This document shows, piece after piece, positions 1 through 11,644 of a DNA stretch of 64,000 nt. Below the pieces are notes generated by a model. It ran no database searches and was not told where the DNA came from. It was given only the letters and a program-made list of their open reading frames with translations. How positions within the stretch are numbered: the stretch's first letter is position 1; each line of letters begins with the position of its first letter. Source of the DNA: Dimorphilus gyrociliatus (taxonomy: Eukaryota; Animalia; Annelida); the NCBI GenBank assembly GCA_904063045.1, contig CAJFCJ010000006.1:4418408-4482407 (forward strand), written 5' to 3'. The translations under genes and the position numbers were made by a program.

Positions 1-524
1 TTTTTTGGCAGTCTGCTAAGAAATGTTTGAATACTGGAAACTTGGCACAAAAATTTTTACAGAAAAAACTACACTGATTTTTATACGTTAGGTTTTAAAA
101 AGCACATTTACTCTTAAACACGCTCACAAACACGCAAAAAAGAAGTCGAATAATGTGTTTTTTTCGGTGCAGGTCTAAATTTTTTAACATGTTTTCACCG
201 ACTTTTGTTTGTCATGTCACTTTTTGATACCGTTTTTAAATAAACTTTAAAAAAAATGAAAAAAAAAGGATAAAAGTTAACGTAAAACAATAAATTATGC
301 ATGAAAAACTTTGAACGCTAAAACGAAAGGGAACGCATTGCAGTTTTAAAAAAAAATAAAAAGTTTTTCTTTTTAAACCCAAAAAAATCTAGCTAGAAAA
401 GAGAAGGAAAAAATTGAACATGTCTTGAAGTCTTGGATTTTTTTTCTTGTACTTTCGTTTGATCTGCAAATGTAAAAAAAGAAAAAGATAATTGATGTGC
501 AACTCTCCCCAAAATCAAAAAATT

Positions 525-3331
525 CTATCCTTGACTTTTGAAAGAAGGGAAAACTAACCACTGCAAAGATTCTCCGTGATTATTCTTCATATGCCTCTTA
601 AGGTGAGACCTGGTTATACATTGATGGCCACAGGTGGCGCAACTGTACCTCCTATCCGGCCTGTGCGTCCACATGTGCGTCTTCAAATTGCCTTTCTGTG
701 AAAACGTCTTTCCACAAATCTCGCAGGAAAACGGCCTTGCACCAGTATGCGTAATGTAATGCCGATTCAAAGCCGATCGTAGGCCTATCATCTTGCCGCA
801 TATCGGGCAATTCGGACTGTTGTAGTCGTCCGGAAGTGGTGGTACGGTCGACTTGTGACGGCCGCCCTGCAAAAACACACCAAGCAATATGGCCGTGTTA
901 TTCAATAGTAATTGCTTTTGTTTATAGAAAATACTGTTCTCTCTTTTATTCGTACTGTTTTTTTCTTCGTTGTTTTTAAGTATATATATATTTTTTTAAC
1001 TGTGTGCCGTGTGAACATAATTAATGATTATTCGTTCCGTCGTTAGTGTATTTTCATGCGGTTTTGTTAGATAAATATATATTATTATATATGTTAATAG
1101 ATATATATATAGATATATATATATATTTATATATATATATTGAGACTATACAGCCATATTTTCTTGGCGGTTGCATGCAGGGTGGTTTAGTGAAAGGGAA
1201 TCGTACCGATTCAGACGAAGAACTGAAAATTACGGATTAAAGTTCTAACAGGATTGAATATTGGTCAAAATTTATTCCATTGTGTGTTCTCTTTGACCAA
1301 TATTATTTAGCCGCATTAGATCGAAAATCCGTTTATTTGGACGTTTATATTTCGCGAACACTTTCATTTATTATAATAAACATAAGATTTTTAGATAGAT
1401 TATAAAAAAAATACCCCAATTGGTAAAAAAGGTTTAGAAAGTTACAGATGCGCATGCGTATGAACTATTAAAAAACAAACGTTCTTTTTGCGCATGCGTA
1501 CTGGTATTAACGGATTTTCATTTAATAATTCGTTTATCGCGAAATATACAGGCTAAAGGACTTGAAACAGTTTCATTTCCCCGTCTTCATCAGCTCGCTA
1601 CAACATGCCACAAATTCGTGTGTGCCTTAAGTTTTTCTTTTTTTTTAAAAAAAAATTCGGAGGTCAATTTATCGGAAATTTTTAACTTAATACTTTCTTT
1701 GTTTGTCTTGGATGTTTTGTTTTTCAGTGACAAAAAAAAGTGATACTCTTGAGCCCAATAACCAGGATATTTATATGTATATATATAAATAGATACCTTT
1801 TTCGGTAAGAAAACCTTTGAAAACCTTCGTAATTCATTAAGAAGAGGTCTGGTTTGATGTAATCCTGCGAAGGTCAACGAACGCAAAATTATATTTCGTT
1901 CTTAAAAAACATCAAAGGTCCTTAAATCGTTCAAATATAACACGTGACCCTTTTTCTGTGACCTTCACCAGTTTCGTTGTGATCGCATATTCCCAAAATA
2001 TATATAAGAGAGCGTATAAAATACGCGATAGAAATAGAGTGAAATGATTCCAGTTTGTCTTATTTCCAAAAATTAGAATTTTTTTTTTTTGGATTTAAGA
2101 AGCGAAAATAAAAAAAGAGAGCTAAGAGTTTTGGCAAAAAGCGGAAGTGCAGTTAGTGAAAACGACAAATTTGTCAGTGATTAATCATGCAAACATGCAG
2201 AAATAAATAATATATATATGTATAAGAGATTTCAAATGCAAAATCCAATTCAACAACCAAATAGGCTGATTAAATAATGAATAGAAGAATAGAAGAGATG
2301 GTAAAAGAAATCTATAAGAGATTGGTTGTTGTAGAGGATTAAAGCATTCGGGAAGGGTTAACGTGCAAAAATAAACGTTTAAGGACCAAAAATTGCGAAC
2401 TTAAATAATGTTACGTTAATAAAAAAATAAAATTAATCAATTTAAAATAAAACGAGCATGCAGAGACCTTCAGACTAGCTTACCGGACTTTTGTGCTTCT
2501 TGATAGGCTTTATTGGAGGATCTGTTGGTTCAACTGTGACTATACCATCTTTATTTGCGTCAATCGAACTCCGAAAGTCATCAATATTTAAACCTAGTTC
2601 AGCCATTTGTCTAACAGCTTTGTCGCTTTCCTCTTCTTCTTCCGGTTCCTGCTTTACGGATTTTTCTTCCATGGGAATGACTAGGGAGTTTTCTACTTTA
2701 ACATCCACATCTCCATTCTCTTTGCGACTGCCTTCCCCTGTTTCAGGACCATCCTCTACCCAGACAGGTGCCGATATATGCTGCTGTGGATGCGGATTCT
2801 TTCTAGACGACCTTGACCCTTGAAGACGTTCCCTAACTATTCCCTCTAACCTACTCTTTTTCTCCGTCAAGTCATCTCCATCAGAGACATTGTGTATAGA
2901 ACGTTTTCTGTTTTCGCAACTGAAAAGAAATAATGAAAAAACCGGAAGAGTTAAATATAAAAACGGAATATATCATAAAAAGATTTTTACCTGGGACTTG
3001 AGCAGTTGATAACGTTATCAGCAGCAGCCGTTGTCTTATCGACGTCGTTGTTTGTCACTTCCTCCTTGAGGCTAATTAACATAACTTCGTTGTTTGGCAT
3101 CGTTATACCTAGCAGGCCTTCCATCGTAAATTTTTCGGCAGCTAAAGTTTGTTTGCAAACTTTCGATAAAGTTTGAACAATTAAGCATTTTAATCGTTCC
3201 TTATCGGTTTGAGCGTTCGTTAAGTCTGAAAAAAGAAGGGACTTACATAACATTAACAGATGTCTCGCTCTTTCTGAACGATTCACGCCGCTTTAATGCT
3301 TGAACACGATTCAAAAATGCATACCTTTCAT
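525..3331 (-). CDS. C2H2 zinc-finger protein (3 fingers) with a conserved unnamed N-terminal domain; 4 coding exons
   Basis: In-frame manual splice: 3331-3325 (ATG AAA G), 3225-2991, 2919-2484, 866-525, all GT-AG. The last exon has CPICGK..H..H, a TGARPF linker, CEICGKTFSQKGNLKTHMWTH and CATCGH..HMKNNH. The link across the 1.6 kb intron (2483-867) is phase-compatible but unproven. Confidence 0.75.
1449..1500. promoter_or_regulatory. Two identical NRF1-like palindromic sites (TGCGCATGCGTA) inside the long zinc-finger gene intron
   Basis: Exact 12-mer at 1449-1460 and 1489-1500; one mismatch from the NRF1 consensus TGCGCATGCGCA. Confidence 0.5.
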
Positions 3332-3454
3332 CGTTGGAGGTAAATTCGATAGACAGAGGCGCGAAAAGAGTTGAAAAGAAACGAAAATTTCCTCTAATTA
3401 TGCAAACAACAACGCCACTAATCCGCCATGGCCGTTCAAGCAATGAATGAGCCA

Positions 3455-3465
3455 GCGCATGCGCA
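3455..3465. promoter_or_regulatory. NRF1 site in the divergent promoter between the zinc-finger gene and the CKAP2-like gene
   Basis: GCGCATGCGCA about 125 bp upstream of the zinc-finger ATG. Confidence 0.6.
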
Positions 3466-4012
3466 AGTAGTTTAGAGTTTGCGCAGTTTGTCTTAGTTTG
3501 CCAGGTTTGTCTGAAGATCTTTGTTTGCGGAACAGGGGAGAAAATTTCGGACTCTGTTTTTCAGCTTTTACATATATTTACATATGCTTAACGTTCGTTT
3601 TCAATTAAGCAGGTGTAAAAATAATCTCGATCAAATAATTTAATTCAAATATTAATTTGATCTTAAACACGTAATTTTATTTATTTTTAAATGCTTTTTA
3701 CTATTTTTCGCTCACTTAGTTTTCGTATTTTCTTAAACCAATCAAGTTTGAGTTTGGTATGAGCGGCGGTTTTTTCGGGATTTTCGTAAATAAACCGTAT
3801 TTTTAACAACAATATTGATGGATTTTGATAATTTACCAGAAACTCCTGGAAGAACACGTATGTTATATTAGTTATAAACAATATGGAATAGTAATAAACT
3901 TTATAACCTTTGATAATAGTGCTTTTTTAACACGAAACCGTTTTATATGCTATATTTTCGCTCTGTGCCCAATTACTATGTAAACAAATTGTTATTTTTA
4001 AAAACAAAACAG

Positions 4013-6819
4013 CTCGTAAAATAGTAGAAGATGATTTTAAAACTCCTGCTCAGCCTGAAAGGATTTTAGTTGGCTCTCAATCCACTTCTAAAGTTCCCTT
4101 GAAAACTCGTTCTAATTTTGCCGAACCTGAAAGCTTTTTTAAAACTCCTAAAGTTTCAGTAACTCGTAATCTATTTCCTGCTAAAGCTTCGTCAGACTAT
4201 GGGTACGAGAGAATACCTCGAGAGGAATATCTTAAACAATTGAAGGATATGGGAATAATTCTACCATCTCAAATGAATAAAGAAAATGTAAAGAAACCTA
4301 GAGACTTTGTGCCGATGTCACCTGAACAAGCATTGGCAAAGGAGGCAGTAAAAAAGAATCTCTTTTCCGAGGAAGAGGAAGACGAAGAGGATGAGGAAGA
4401 AGAAAAAGAAAAGGAGAAAACTGAAAGAGAAAATGAAGAAAAGGTAAAAAATAAGGGAACAAGCAGGATAAAAGATGGAAAATCCAAGAAAGCGACAAAA
4501 ATAAGTGAAACAAAGACAGTAGAGAGAAAAAAAAGAGAGAACCCGGAGGACAGAAGGTAAACATCCAAAGCATGCGAAAGTTACAAAAAAATTCAAATTA
4601 CTTTTCCTTTATTAATTTTTCAAAAACTAAACTAAATAACTAAATGTTTTCAGGGCTAAACTAGAAGAGTGGAAACTAAAACGTGCTCTGCAGCTAAAAC
4701 AACAAAAGTAAGCATAGATGTTTAATTGTTTTTTATTTTAATGGCTAAAATCGATTATCTAAAATAGAGGAAAAGGAACAAAAACTTTCATTCCCTCAGG
4801 AGTTGTTCATTATGACTTATCCAAAGGTTTTATTACTTCTGCCACTGGGAGTTAGTATTAAATTTCATTCGAAAAATTGTTTTTTTTAGATACTTTGTTG
4901 TTGCATGCTTGTATTTATATTATTCGAATGTAACAAAGTCATAATAATATTACAGCAGTTGACAAGAAAATCAATTCTATACCGACATGCAAGAGCAAAA
5001 CAAGAAGAGTAAGCAATAAAAAAAGTTATGAAAAAGAAGAAGCAGGAATATCCAGAAGATCTACTTTTACAAAAGAAGAAGCCAAAGAAGCTATTAACAA
5101 AGCACGAAATGCAGCTGCTACTAAAAGCAGAAATTCATCTATCTCTAATGGCAAGCAGTCAAATGTTAATCAACATTTGAGTGGAATTTGTAAAAAAGCG
5201 TCTACATCGTCCCAAGAGAAGGTGGAGAGAGTCGGGAAATCAATGAAAAAGGGCACAGCATCAGTCCGAATGCCGAAAGCAATAAACCCACTACTAGTGA
5301 GAGACGCTTTAAATAAAATCGACCGTAGAGACGCGAAAGGTGAAAATTATAAGAGTAATATGAAGGCTAATTCAGCACAGACTTCAACTGTTAAACATGC
5401 CACAAAAACATATCCAAATGCTTCAAATAATCGTACTGCAAAACAAATAGGCCTATCGCGGAGCTTTTGTAACGTAAAAAGTAAAATCGACACCGGTCTG
5501 AAAGGCCGGAACAAGGTTAATAGCTTTCTTTGAGATTAATATATATTTGCTTCTTATTAATTGCTCTTTTATGGATAATTTTGCTTTAGACGGCTGAACT
5601 TTGCTCCAGTATAAATCCTGTCGATATATCTCTAATTGAACCCGTTGTTTCTCCGAAACCATCAAATAATCGAATAAAAGAAGAAGACATACCGGTTGAC
5701 TTTAATGATTTTGTAAGAGATATGACTAATAACGAGGACAAAGATATGTTAAGAGAAGAAGAAGATGCGGAAAAGCCAGTACGGTTTGACGAGCAAGAAA
5801 CTGCTAAGAAGGATATATTGTATAACATTACAGAAATGGCTGATACACTTTTTTCCAGGCTCTCCTTTAATGAGAGCGAAATTGTTGATGATAAACAAAA
5901 TGGGATAGAACAGAAGATAAAATGTACGGAACTGTTAACTCAGTGGAAAATTCAATTTGATAATGTACGCATCTTTTTTTTTATTATACATTTTGAAGCA
6001 TATACCAATCGAATAACCAATTAGAACCGCCTTAACAAGTGAATTCTTACAGTAGTAATTAACGAATTCTTCGAAACATTCTTATTTAGTTGTTATTTTT
6101 TTTTTTTCATAGAATGAATTAAGCCTTTTGGATGCAGTAAAAATGCTTGATGGAATCGAGAGAGATTTCACAGAAGTTGTATCATCGATTGCTCAATTTT
6201 GGATATGCAAGTCTTTAATCGAGCAGAAAAAGGGAGATTTTATATCGACTGTAGCTGTTTTTGAAAATGCTTTTAAAGCCAAAGCAGCCGTAAGCATAAG
6301 TTTTTTTTTTGTTGAGATTTCATCAAAAGTAATTTGTGCCTTTATTAACGTAATTTAGCCTTGTGAAATGCTGGTTGAAGAGATATCTAAATTTATAAGA
6401 ACTTTGCAAATCAACTCTAAATTCCAAGATCTTCCCGAACCTATTAAGAAAGATCAATGCCTCAAAAGAAAATCGAGACGCAATGATATTTCAGAAACGA
6501 CAATATTTTTATCCAGTATGAAAAAGTATTTAGTAAAGGATTTTAATACGCCTTATTTCTCAAGGTAACTATTGTTGAAGGAGCTAATATTTATCGATAA
6601 ATGCGTCCCTTTTTTAGATTAAGAAAAAGTATTATTAAAAAAGATGTTTCTAAAATTGTAACACCTGTAAGAAGGTCAACGAGAACGTCAATAAAAAAGC
6701 TACCGTCTATGTTAAGAGATGATGATCAAATTTTGTTAAATGATGCTACTGAAGTGCCTGAAGATGCCGAATTTCTGGACCGAATAGGTTACTATGACGA
6801 CAAGTGTGAATTTGATTAA
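4013..6819 (+). CDS. CKAP2: Cytoskeleton-associated protein 2 (CKAP2/CKAP2L)-like, multi-exon; start codon not resolved
   Basis: ORF pieces 4099-4560, 5177-5533, 5722-6024, 6128-6358, 6368-6568 and 6601-6819 are separated by GT-AG introns. CKAP2_C-like motifs: LTQWK, AQFWICKSLIEQKKGDF..FENAFKA and VTPVRRSTRTSIKKLPSMLRD. Confidence 0.7.
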
Positions 6820-7324
6820 AGCTTTGAAGGTTTTCTGTTGACTTTGTTTCTATTTTATTTTACCTTCGTTTTATTTGGAAAGCTCTCTTTTCTTTTATTT
6901 ATTTATTATGGAAACGATAAGCGGTAGATGACGCTATCTGTAGTAAAAGCATTATGAAACCTTTGGTACTAAAAAGCAAGTAGCTTAACATTTTTTATAA
7001 ATAACAATTTATCCGCTTTACTAGGGGAATGTTTGTTGACATTGACATATTCCATTTGATACATACAATACATAAAGAAAGAGAGCAGGAAAATTTCTCG
7101 TTATTTCCGGAACTTTTAAATTTACGTTGTTTTTTCTTTATCTTACCGACCGGAAAATTATACATCCATTATCGACCAGTTTACTAATCGGCTTTTATTT
7201 TGGACCATGAAAACACAACAACCAGTAACATTTTTGCCCGCGCTAACGGTTGTCATGGAAACGGAAATTTTGCAGGTGTATGTATAAAGAAAATCTCGCT
7301 TCATAAGTAATATATTAAAATTGA

Positions 7325-8707
7325 ATGTACAATGAGAGCGTCTCTTTGCTGATCGAAAGCAGCCGGCGCTCTAATCTCATCAGGAATTTCGGCTGTGCAC
7401 TTTTTACTCGCTTGGAAAAGCGTCACTTGCACACAATTCGTGACGTTGCCGCAGGGCGACGTCTATTGACGGAGCGACACCGTTCTCTTCGGATCATGTA
7501 CCGTCTCTTGCCGATATTCTGCTTATTTACCTATACTGAGGCTGTTGTTTCGAACTACTCGAATTTATCAATAAAATCGCTCGATAATTTCAACGTGACT
7601 TCCTCGAAAATAACTACTGTGTTGAATTTGTCATTAAATCTTATAGAGACCATAGGCCGAATAAATTTTAAAAATGCAGATAGATTAAAAGAGCTCGATC
7701 TATCGAGGAACAATTTATCTGAAATCGAAGCCTCCGCTTTCAGTGTATTGAAGAAACTGGATATTTTATTACTATCAAGGAATTCTATTCAAACGTTGCC
7801 CGACAACGTCTTCAACGGTTTACGCTCTCTAAGGACATTAGATTTCAGCTACAATAATCTAACCAATTTTAAATCAAGATGGTTATCTTCCCTCCCAAAG
7901 TTAGTAACCCTCAGCCTTCGATCTAACATGCTACAGCACTTAGAATCAGGATTATTTGCTAAAGCAGACAATCTACGTTACGTTGACATATCATTCAACC
8001 GTCTACAAGATTTACCTTCAAACCTGGTTGGCTATCGCACAGATATACGACGTCTAGATTTAGCCTATAATAAATTAACTGTTTTCAATAATGATCTGAG
8101 TGAAGCGTTACATTTTTGCCGACTAAATTTGACTGGTAATTTTATGGATTGTACTTGTGCTCTGTCCTCACTGCGTCAACTTATGGTGTTGACAAGTGCA
8201 AACTCTCCTAGTTGCAGATCTCCTGAACAACACATTGGCAAACGACTGCATCAAATACACGGGAAGAATTTATTATGTGCCGAGGAAGCTGGATCTCGTG
8301 TTAGGTATGAAATATACGGAAAGGGTCATTCTCATTATTTACCAAAGAATTTCGTCTCTCAATACGATCCTAAAATTGGTTACGGAACTGCAGTGACATT
8401 ATTCGCAATGCTTGTGGGCTTCTTAGCCTGTGTCATTATTGACAAAGTAAAGAGGAGGTTAAAAAAGAGGATTCGTGCCAAGAGAGGTTTTTTGACACCA
8501 ACCGCCCCAAGCCGTGGAGCGTCATCGCGTTCTCGTAATTCCGTGGCCATGTATGAAAGTTGTAAATTGGCGCAAAGAGACGCTTTCGACGCTTGGGCGT
8601 CAGCGTCTACTTCCGATGTTAACGATTCACCAACTGGCGCCAGCCGGTCTAGTTTCCGAGTAAAATGCAGAAGCCCAAGTTTACAAAGGCAGACGACTGT
8701 GATTTAG
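7325..8707 (+). CDS. Single-exon leucine-rich-repeat type I membrane protein; probable true start is ATG 7496
   Basis: About 8 LxxLxLxxNxL repeats, an LRRCT (NFMDCTCAL...C) and a hydrophobic TM (GYGTAVTLFAMLVGFLACVII) followed by a basic stop-transfer. The second ATG (7496) opens a signal-peptide-like MYRLLPIFCLFTYTEA. Confidence 0.85.
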   Translation: MYNESVSLLIESSRRSNLIRNFGCALFTRLEKRHLHTIRDVAAGRRLLTERHRSLRIMYRLLPIFCLFTYTEAVVSNYSNLSIKSLDNFNVTSSKITTVLNLSLNLIETIGRINFKNADRLKELDLSRNNLSEIEASAFSVLKKLDILLLSRNSIQTLPDNVFNGLRSLRTLDFSYNNLTNFKSRWLSSLPKLVTLSLRSNMLQHLESGLFAKADNLRYVDISFNRLQDLPSNLVGYRTDIRRLDLAYNKLTVFNNDLSEALHFCRLNLTGNFMDCTCALSSLRQLMVLTSANSPSCRSPEQHIGKRLHQIHGKNLLCAEEAGSRVRYEIYGKGHSHYLPKNFVSQYDPKIGYGTAVTLFAMLVGFLACVIIDKVKRRLKKRIRAKRGFLTPTAPSRGASSRSRNSVAMYESCKLAQRDAFDAWASASTSDVNDSPTGASRSSFRVKCRSPSLQRQTTVI

Positions 8708-8713
8708 CTAGGC

Positions 8714-9561
8714 CTATTTATTTTTATGCCATTGTTCACCAGAGGCATTATGAAAAACACTCTCAAACTCATCAACATACGAGAATGCCTCTAAACGATG
8801 GCTGTCAGGGAAGTAATAAGAAAGGAAATCAGAATTATTACAAGCGTCATACGGAATAAAAATTCTATCTATCTTACTCACAAATCAACTTTCTCGTACA
8901 AACTCTTCTGAACCGGAAACAGTGCCTCGTAGACGCGACACTCGCCTACGCCGTGAATTGCAAAGGCGTTAAACTTTCGAGTTTTATAGGGAAAATATGA
9001 CCAAGGTATTAATGCTTCACCAGTCCAGTATTTCTTGTCATCTGATATTATAGCATTGTAATTTAATGGTAATTTGTCCTGGTTATCAACAGTTGAGTCA
9101 TTCTTATTTTATACGTAGCTGATACAACCAATTTATACTACCTTAATGCAGTTTCGTTGTCCTTTTAACATCAAAACCAAGTGTTTGTCGTATCTGTATT
9201 AAGGAAAGAATTGGTGAGAAAATTCTAATTAACGATGTAAAGAGAAATATTTGAATGTAAGATTTTGTGAGAAAAATTTAATAAAAGAGAAATGTAATTT
9301 GATTTAGCCTAACGGATTCAATTCCACCTCCAAATAATCGTTATTATCGTTTAAAAAAAACGCTTCCACGACTTCGAAATCCCATAATCGATCGCAAGCG
9401 CCATCTGAGACGTTCGTTTCATGTTCGGGGGGAGGATCATCGAAAAAAGGTGCTTCAACGGTTAAACAAAGTCCATTCTCGCTTGATTTTAAGTTTAGTT
9501 GAATGGGGGGATGATCAATAGGTTCTCCGTTCCAGGTTTTTGTTATTTGAAAATTTATCAT
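8714..9561 (-). CDS. C4orf33: UPF0462 / C4orf33 homologue, 4 exons
   Basis: FQITKTWNGEP, APFFDDPP and LWDFEVVEAFFLND..YLEVELNP. Spliced downstream exons give HLVLML, WTGEALIPWSYFP..KFNAFAIHG..YEALFP and DFHRLEAF. Stop TAG at 8716-8714. Confidence 0.9.
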
Positions 9562-9711
9562 TACGTTTAGCTAATGTTTTAGGAAAGCTCTTTACAATTC
9601 CCAATAGATGTCGGCCATTCACAAGTAAAATTTGACCGATAGATGGCAGCCTGTGGAAATTTATTCGCTTTACGTCACATAAAAATGGACGAGTGAAGGG
9701 AAGGCGAAGCT

Positions 9712-10899
9712 ATGATGTACAAGAACCTGATAATCAACTGCTTCCTCTTCATCGTAGCTGAATGTTGTCCCCGAACAAATAGTGTTAAGGTGCGACAGCA
9801 CCATTACGCAACCCTAAACATAACGATTAAAAATAAGGATAGTGGTATATCCGAAAGGTACGAAATCAAGAAAAATGGTGCAAGATTCTTGGGGAAAAAA
9901 CGTGATGAGAAGAAAGGCTTACTTATCTTAGCAGAGTCTTCAAATGGCATCTATGATGGTTGTCTTCCAAATAAGAAGACATCGGAGAGCCAATGGATTG
10001 CCTACACTCGACAAGGAAAATGTCGTACGGAGACTATAGTGAAAAATACATTAACTGGCTCAAATGCAACAGCGTTAATAATATTCGCTAATAAATCAAA
10101 TGCCATTATGAATCAACCTCCTAGGATAGGAGGCGTTGCTCATGTAGAATCCCCTTCAAAATTGCATGAAGTGAGGAACAACGACGAAGCTGATTATTCA
10201 CAGACAGTGGTCCTTCTAGATAAGGAAGAGGGTGAAAAACTGGCAAATATACTTCAAAATAGTTCTCTAGAAATTTACGTCGAAGTGTCCGAAAGTAATT
10301 CGGAAGCACAAGCTCGTCGTAACGCGTCAAATAAGACAAGTGTCCTCTTCGTCTCAATATCTTTCATCGTTCTCATGATCATCTCTTTAGCATGGCTAGT
10401 CTTTTACTACATTCAGAGATTCCGATATGCTCACGCAAAGGAACGCCTCTCCAGGCGTCTTATGTCGGCTGCAAAGAAGGCAATCGGTCGAATGCCGGTT
10501 AAAACCCTTCGGTCTGCTGACCCGGAAGACCAGTGCGCTGTTTGTATCGAATATTACAAAACATCGGAAGTCGTCCGAACTTTACCGTGTCATCACGTCT
10601 TTCACAAGAGCTGTATAGATCCTTGGCTATTGGAACAGCGTTCTTGCCCTATGTGTAAACTAGATATACTTAAAGCGTATGGTTTTCAGGTTCTAGGTAT
10701 AAAAATGCATGAACCAATCGCTTTGGAGTTGGATGATAGCCAGGATCAACAGTTCAATCAATCTGTACAGTTTCAACAGACTTCTTCTGGTGTTGCTCAC
10801 GTAGAGTTACACGCCGCGAACTCTTCTGGTGAAGAAGAAAGTGAAAGGCAAAGTCTTATGGCTAGCCCGGAACAACACAATGGTTCTGCCAGTTGTTAG
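9712..10899 (+). CDS. Goliath/GRAIL-family PA-TM-RING E3 ubiquitin ligase (RNF130/RNF150-like), intronless
   Basis: Signal peptide, PA-like ectodomain, TM KTSVLFVSISFIVLMIISLAWLVFYYIQRFRYAHAKERL, and RING-H2 CAVCIE..LPCHHVFHKSCIDPWLLEQRSCPMCK. Confidence 0.92.
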   Translation: MMYKNLIINCFLFIVAECCPRTNSVKVRQHHYATLNITIKNKDSGISERYEIKKNGARFLGKKRDEKKGLLILAESSNGIYDGCLPNKKTSESQWIAYTRQGKCRTETIVKNTLTGSNATALIIFANKSNAIMNQPPRIGGVAHVESPSKLHEVRNNDEADYSQTVVLLDKEEGEKLANILQNSSLEIYVEVSESNSEAQARRNASNKTSVLFVSISFIVLMIISLAWLVFYYIQRFRYAHAKERLSRRLMSAAKKAIGRMPVKTLRSADPEDQCAVCIEYYKTSEVVRTLPCHHVFHKSCIDPWLLEQRSCPMCKLDILKAYGFQVLGIKMHEPIALELDDSQDQQFNQSVQFQQTSSGVAHVELHAANSSGEEESERQSLMASPEQHNGSASC

Positions 10900-11644
10900 G
10901 GTGTGTTTCTTAGGAATACTTACAACGCCTAATTTTGTCGTAGGTTTTAGTCTATTCAAAAAGACTAAGTTTGATTTTTTTCCTTGGAGCAATTCCCCCT
11001 CAATTTTTTTTGTCTTACAAAAACGTATTCGGATTTAAGACGTATGCAATATGTGATGTATCCTAAGAACACACCCTTCCGTGTTCTTTTTTTTTAAGTC
11101 TTTTATATATCTCTAACGAGCACGCCCTGCCAAAAAGACTGATTTAGTCAACTCGTGTTGTCCAGTAATCAAATCGGTTTCTTTTTTTCTAGTATTAGTG
11201 TGCAAATGTATAGAATTAAAAGAGCATATCGAATTTCCTTCATCGTCCATACATTTCAGTGTGGTTTCAAATATTTTGTTTATTTCATATGTAATGTTTA
11301 TTTATTTGTTCGTTATTCGATATTATTCGAAATGGGAAATAAATTAGAGGATTTTTTTACGAGATATCAATAATCCAGGGACGTAAGAAAAAATTGTTAT
11401 ATAAAAGTGGCGGCAAATAATTGTCGCGTAAACTGGTATTAGCTCAAGTGTGTTTTCCCTAGAAATTTATTTTTATTAAAGAAAGCGTGCCTCTTTCTTC
11501 CCTGTTTGTGAAAATTTAAGTCTTTTTTAAGTGATCTTGCTATATAAACGAATTCCAAATAAATTCTTTTATATCTTTCCAATGTGTTCTGTTATATGAC
11601 TTTAAAAATTTTCCATTTAAAACACATAAGCGATAATTGAAGAA

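Noticed and set aside
627-641. CTCF-like GCCACAGGTGGCGCA (also TCTCAGATGGCGCTT near 9395)
   Set aside because: Both lie in coding exons (CATCGH and SDGA codons), so the match may simply reflect the protein sequence.
4269-4596. Three overlapping Phe/Ser/Leu-rich minus-strand ORFs
   Set aside because: Antisense shadows of the Glu/Lys-rich, purine-rich CKAP2-like exon.
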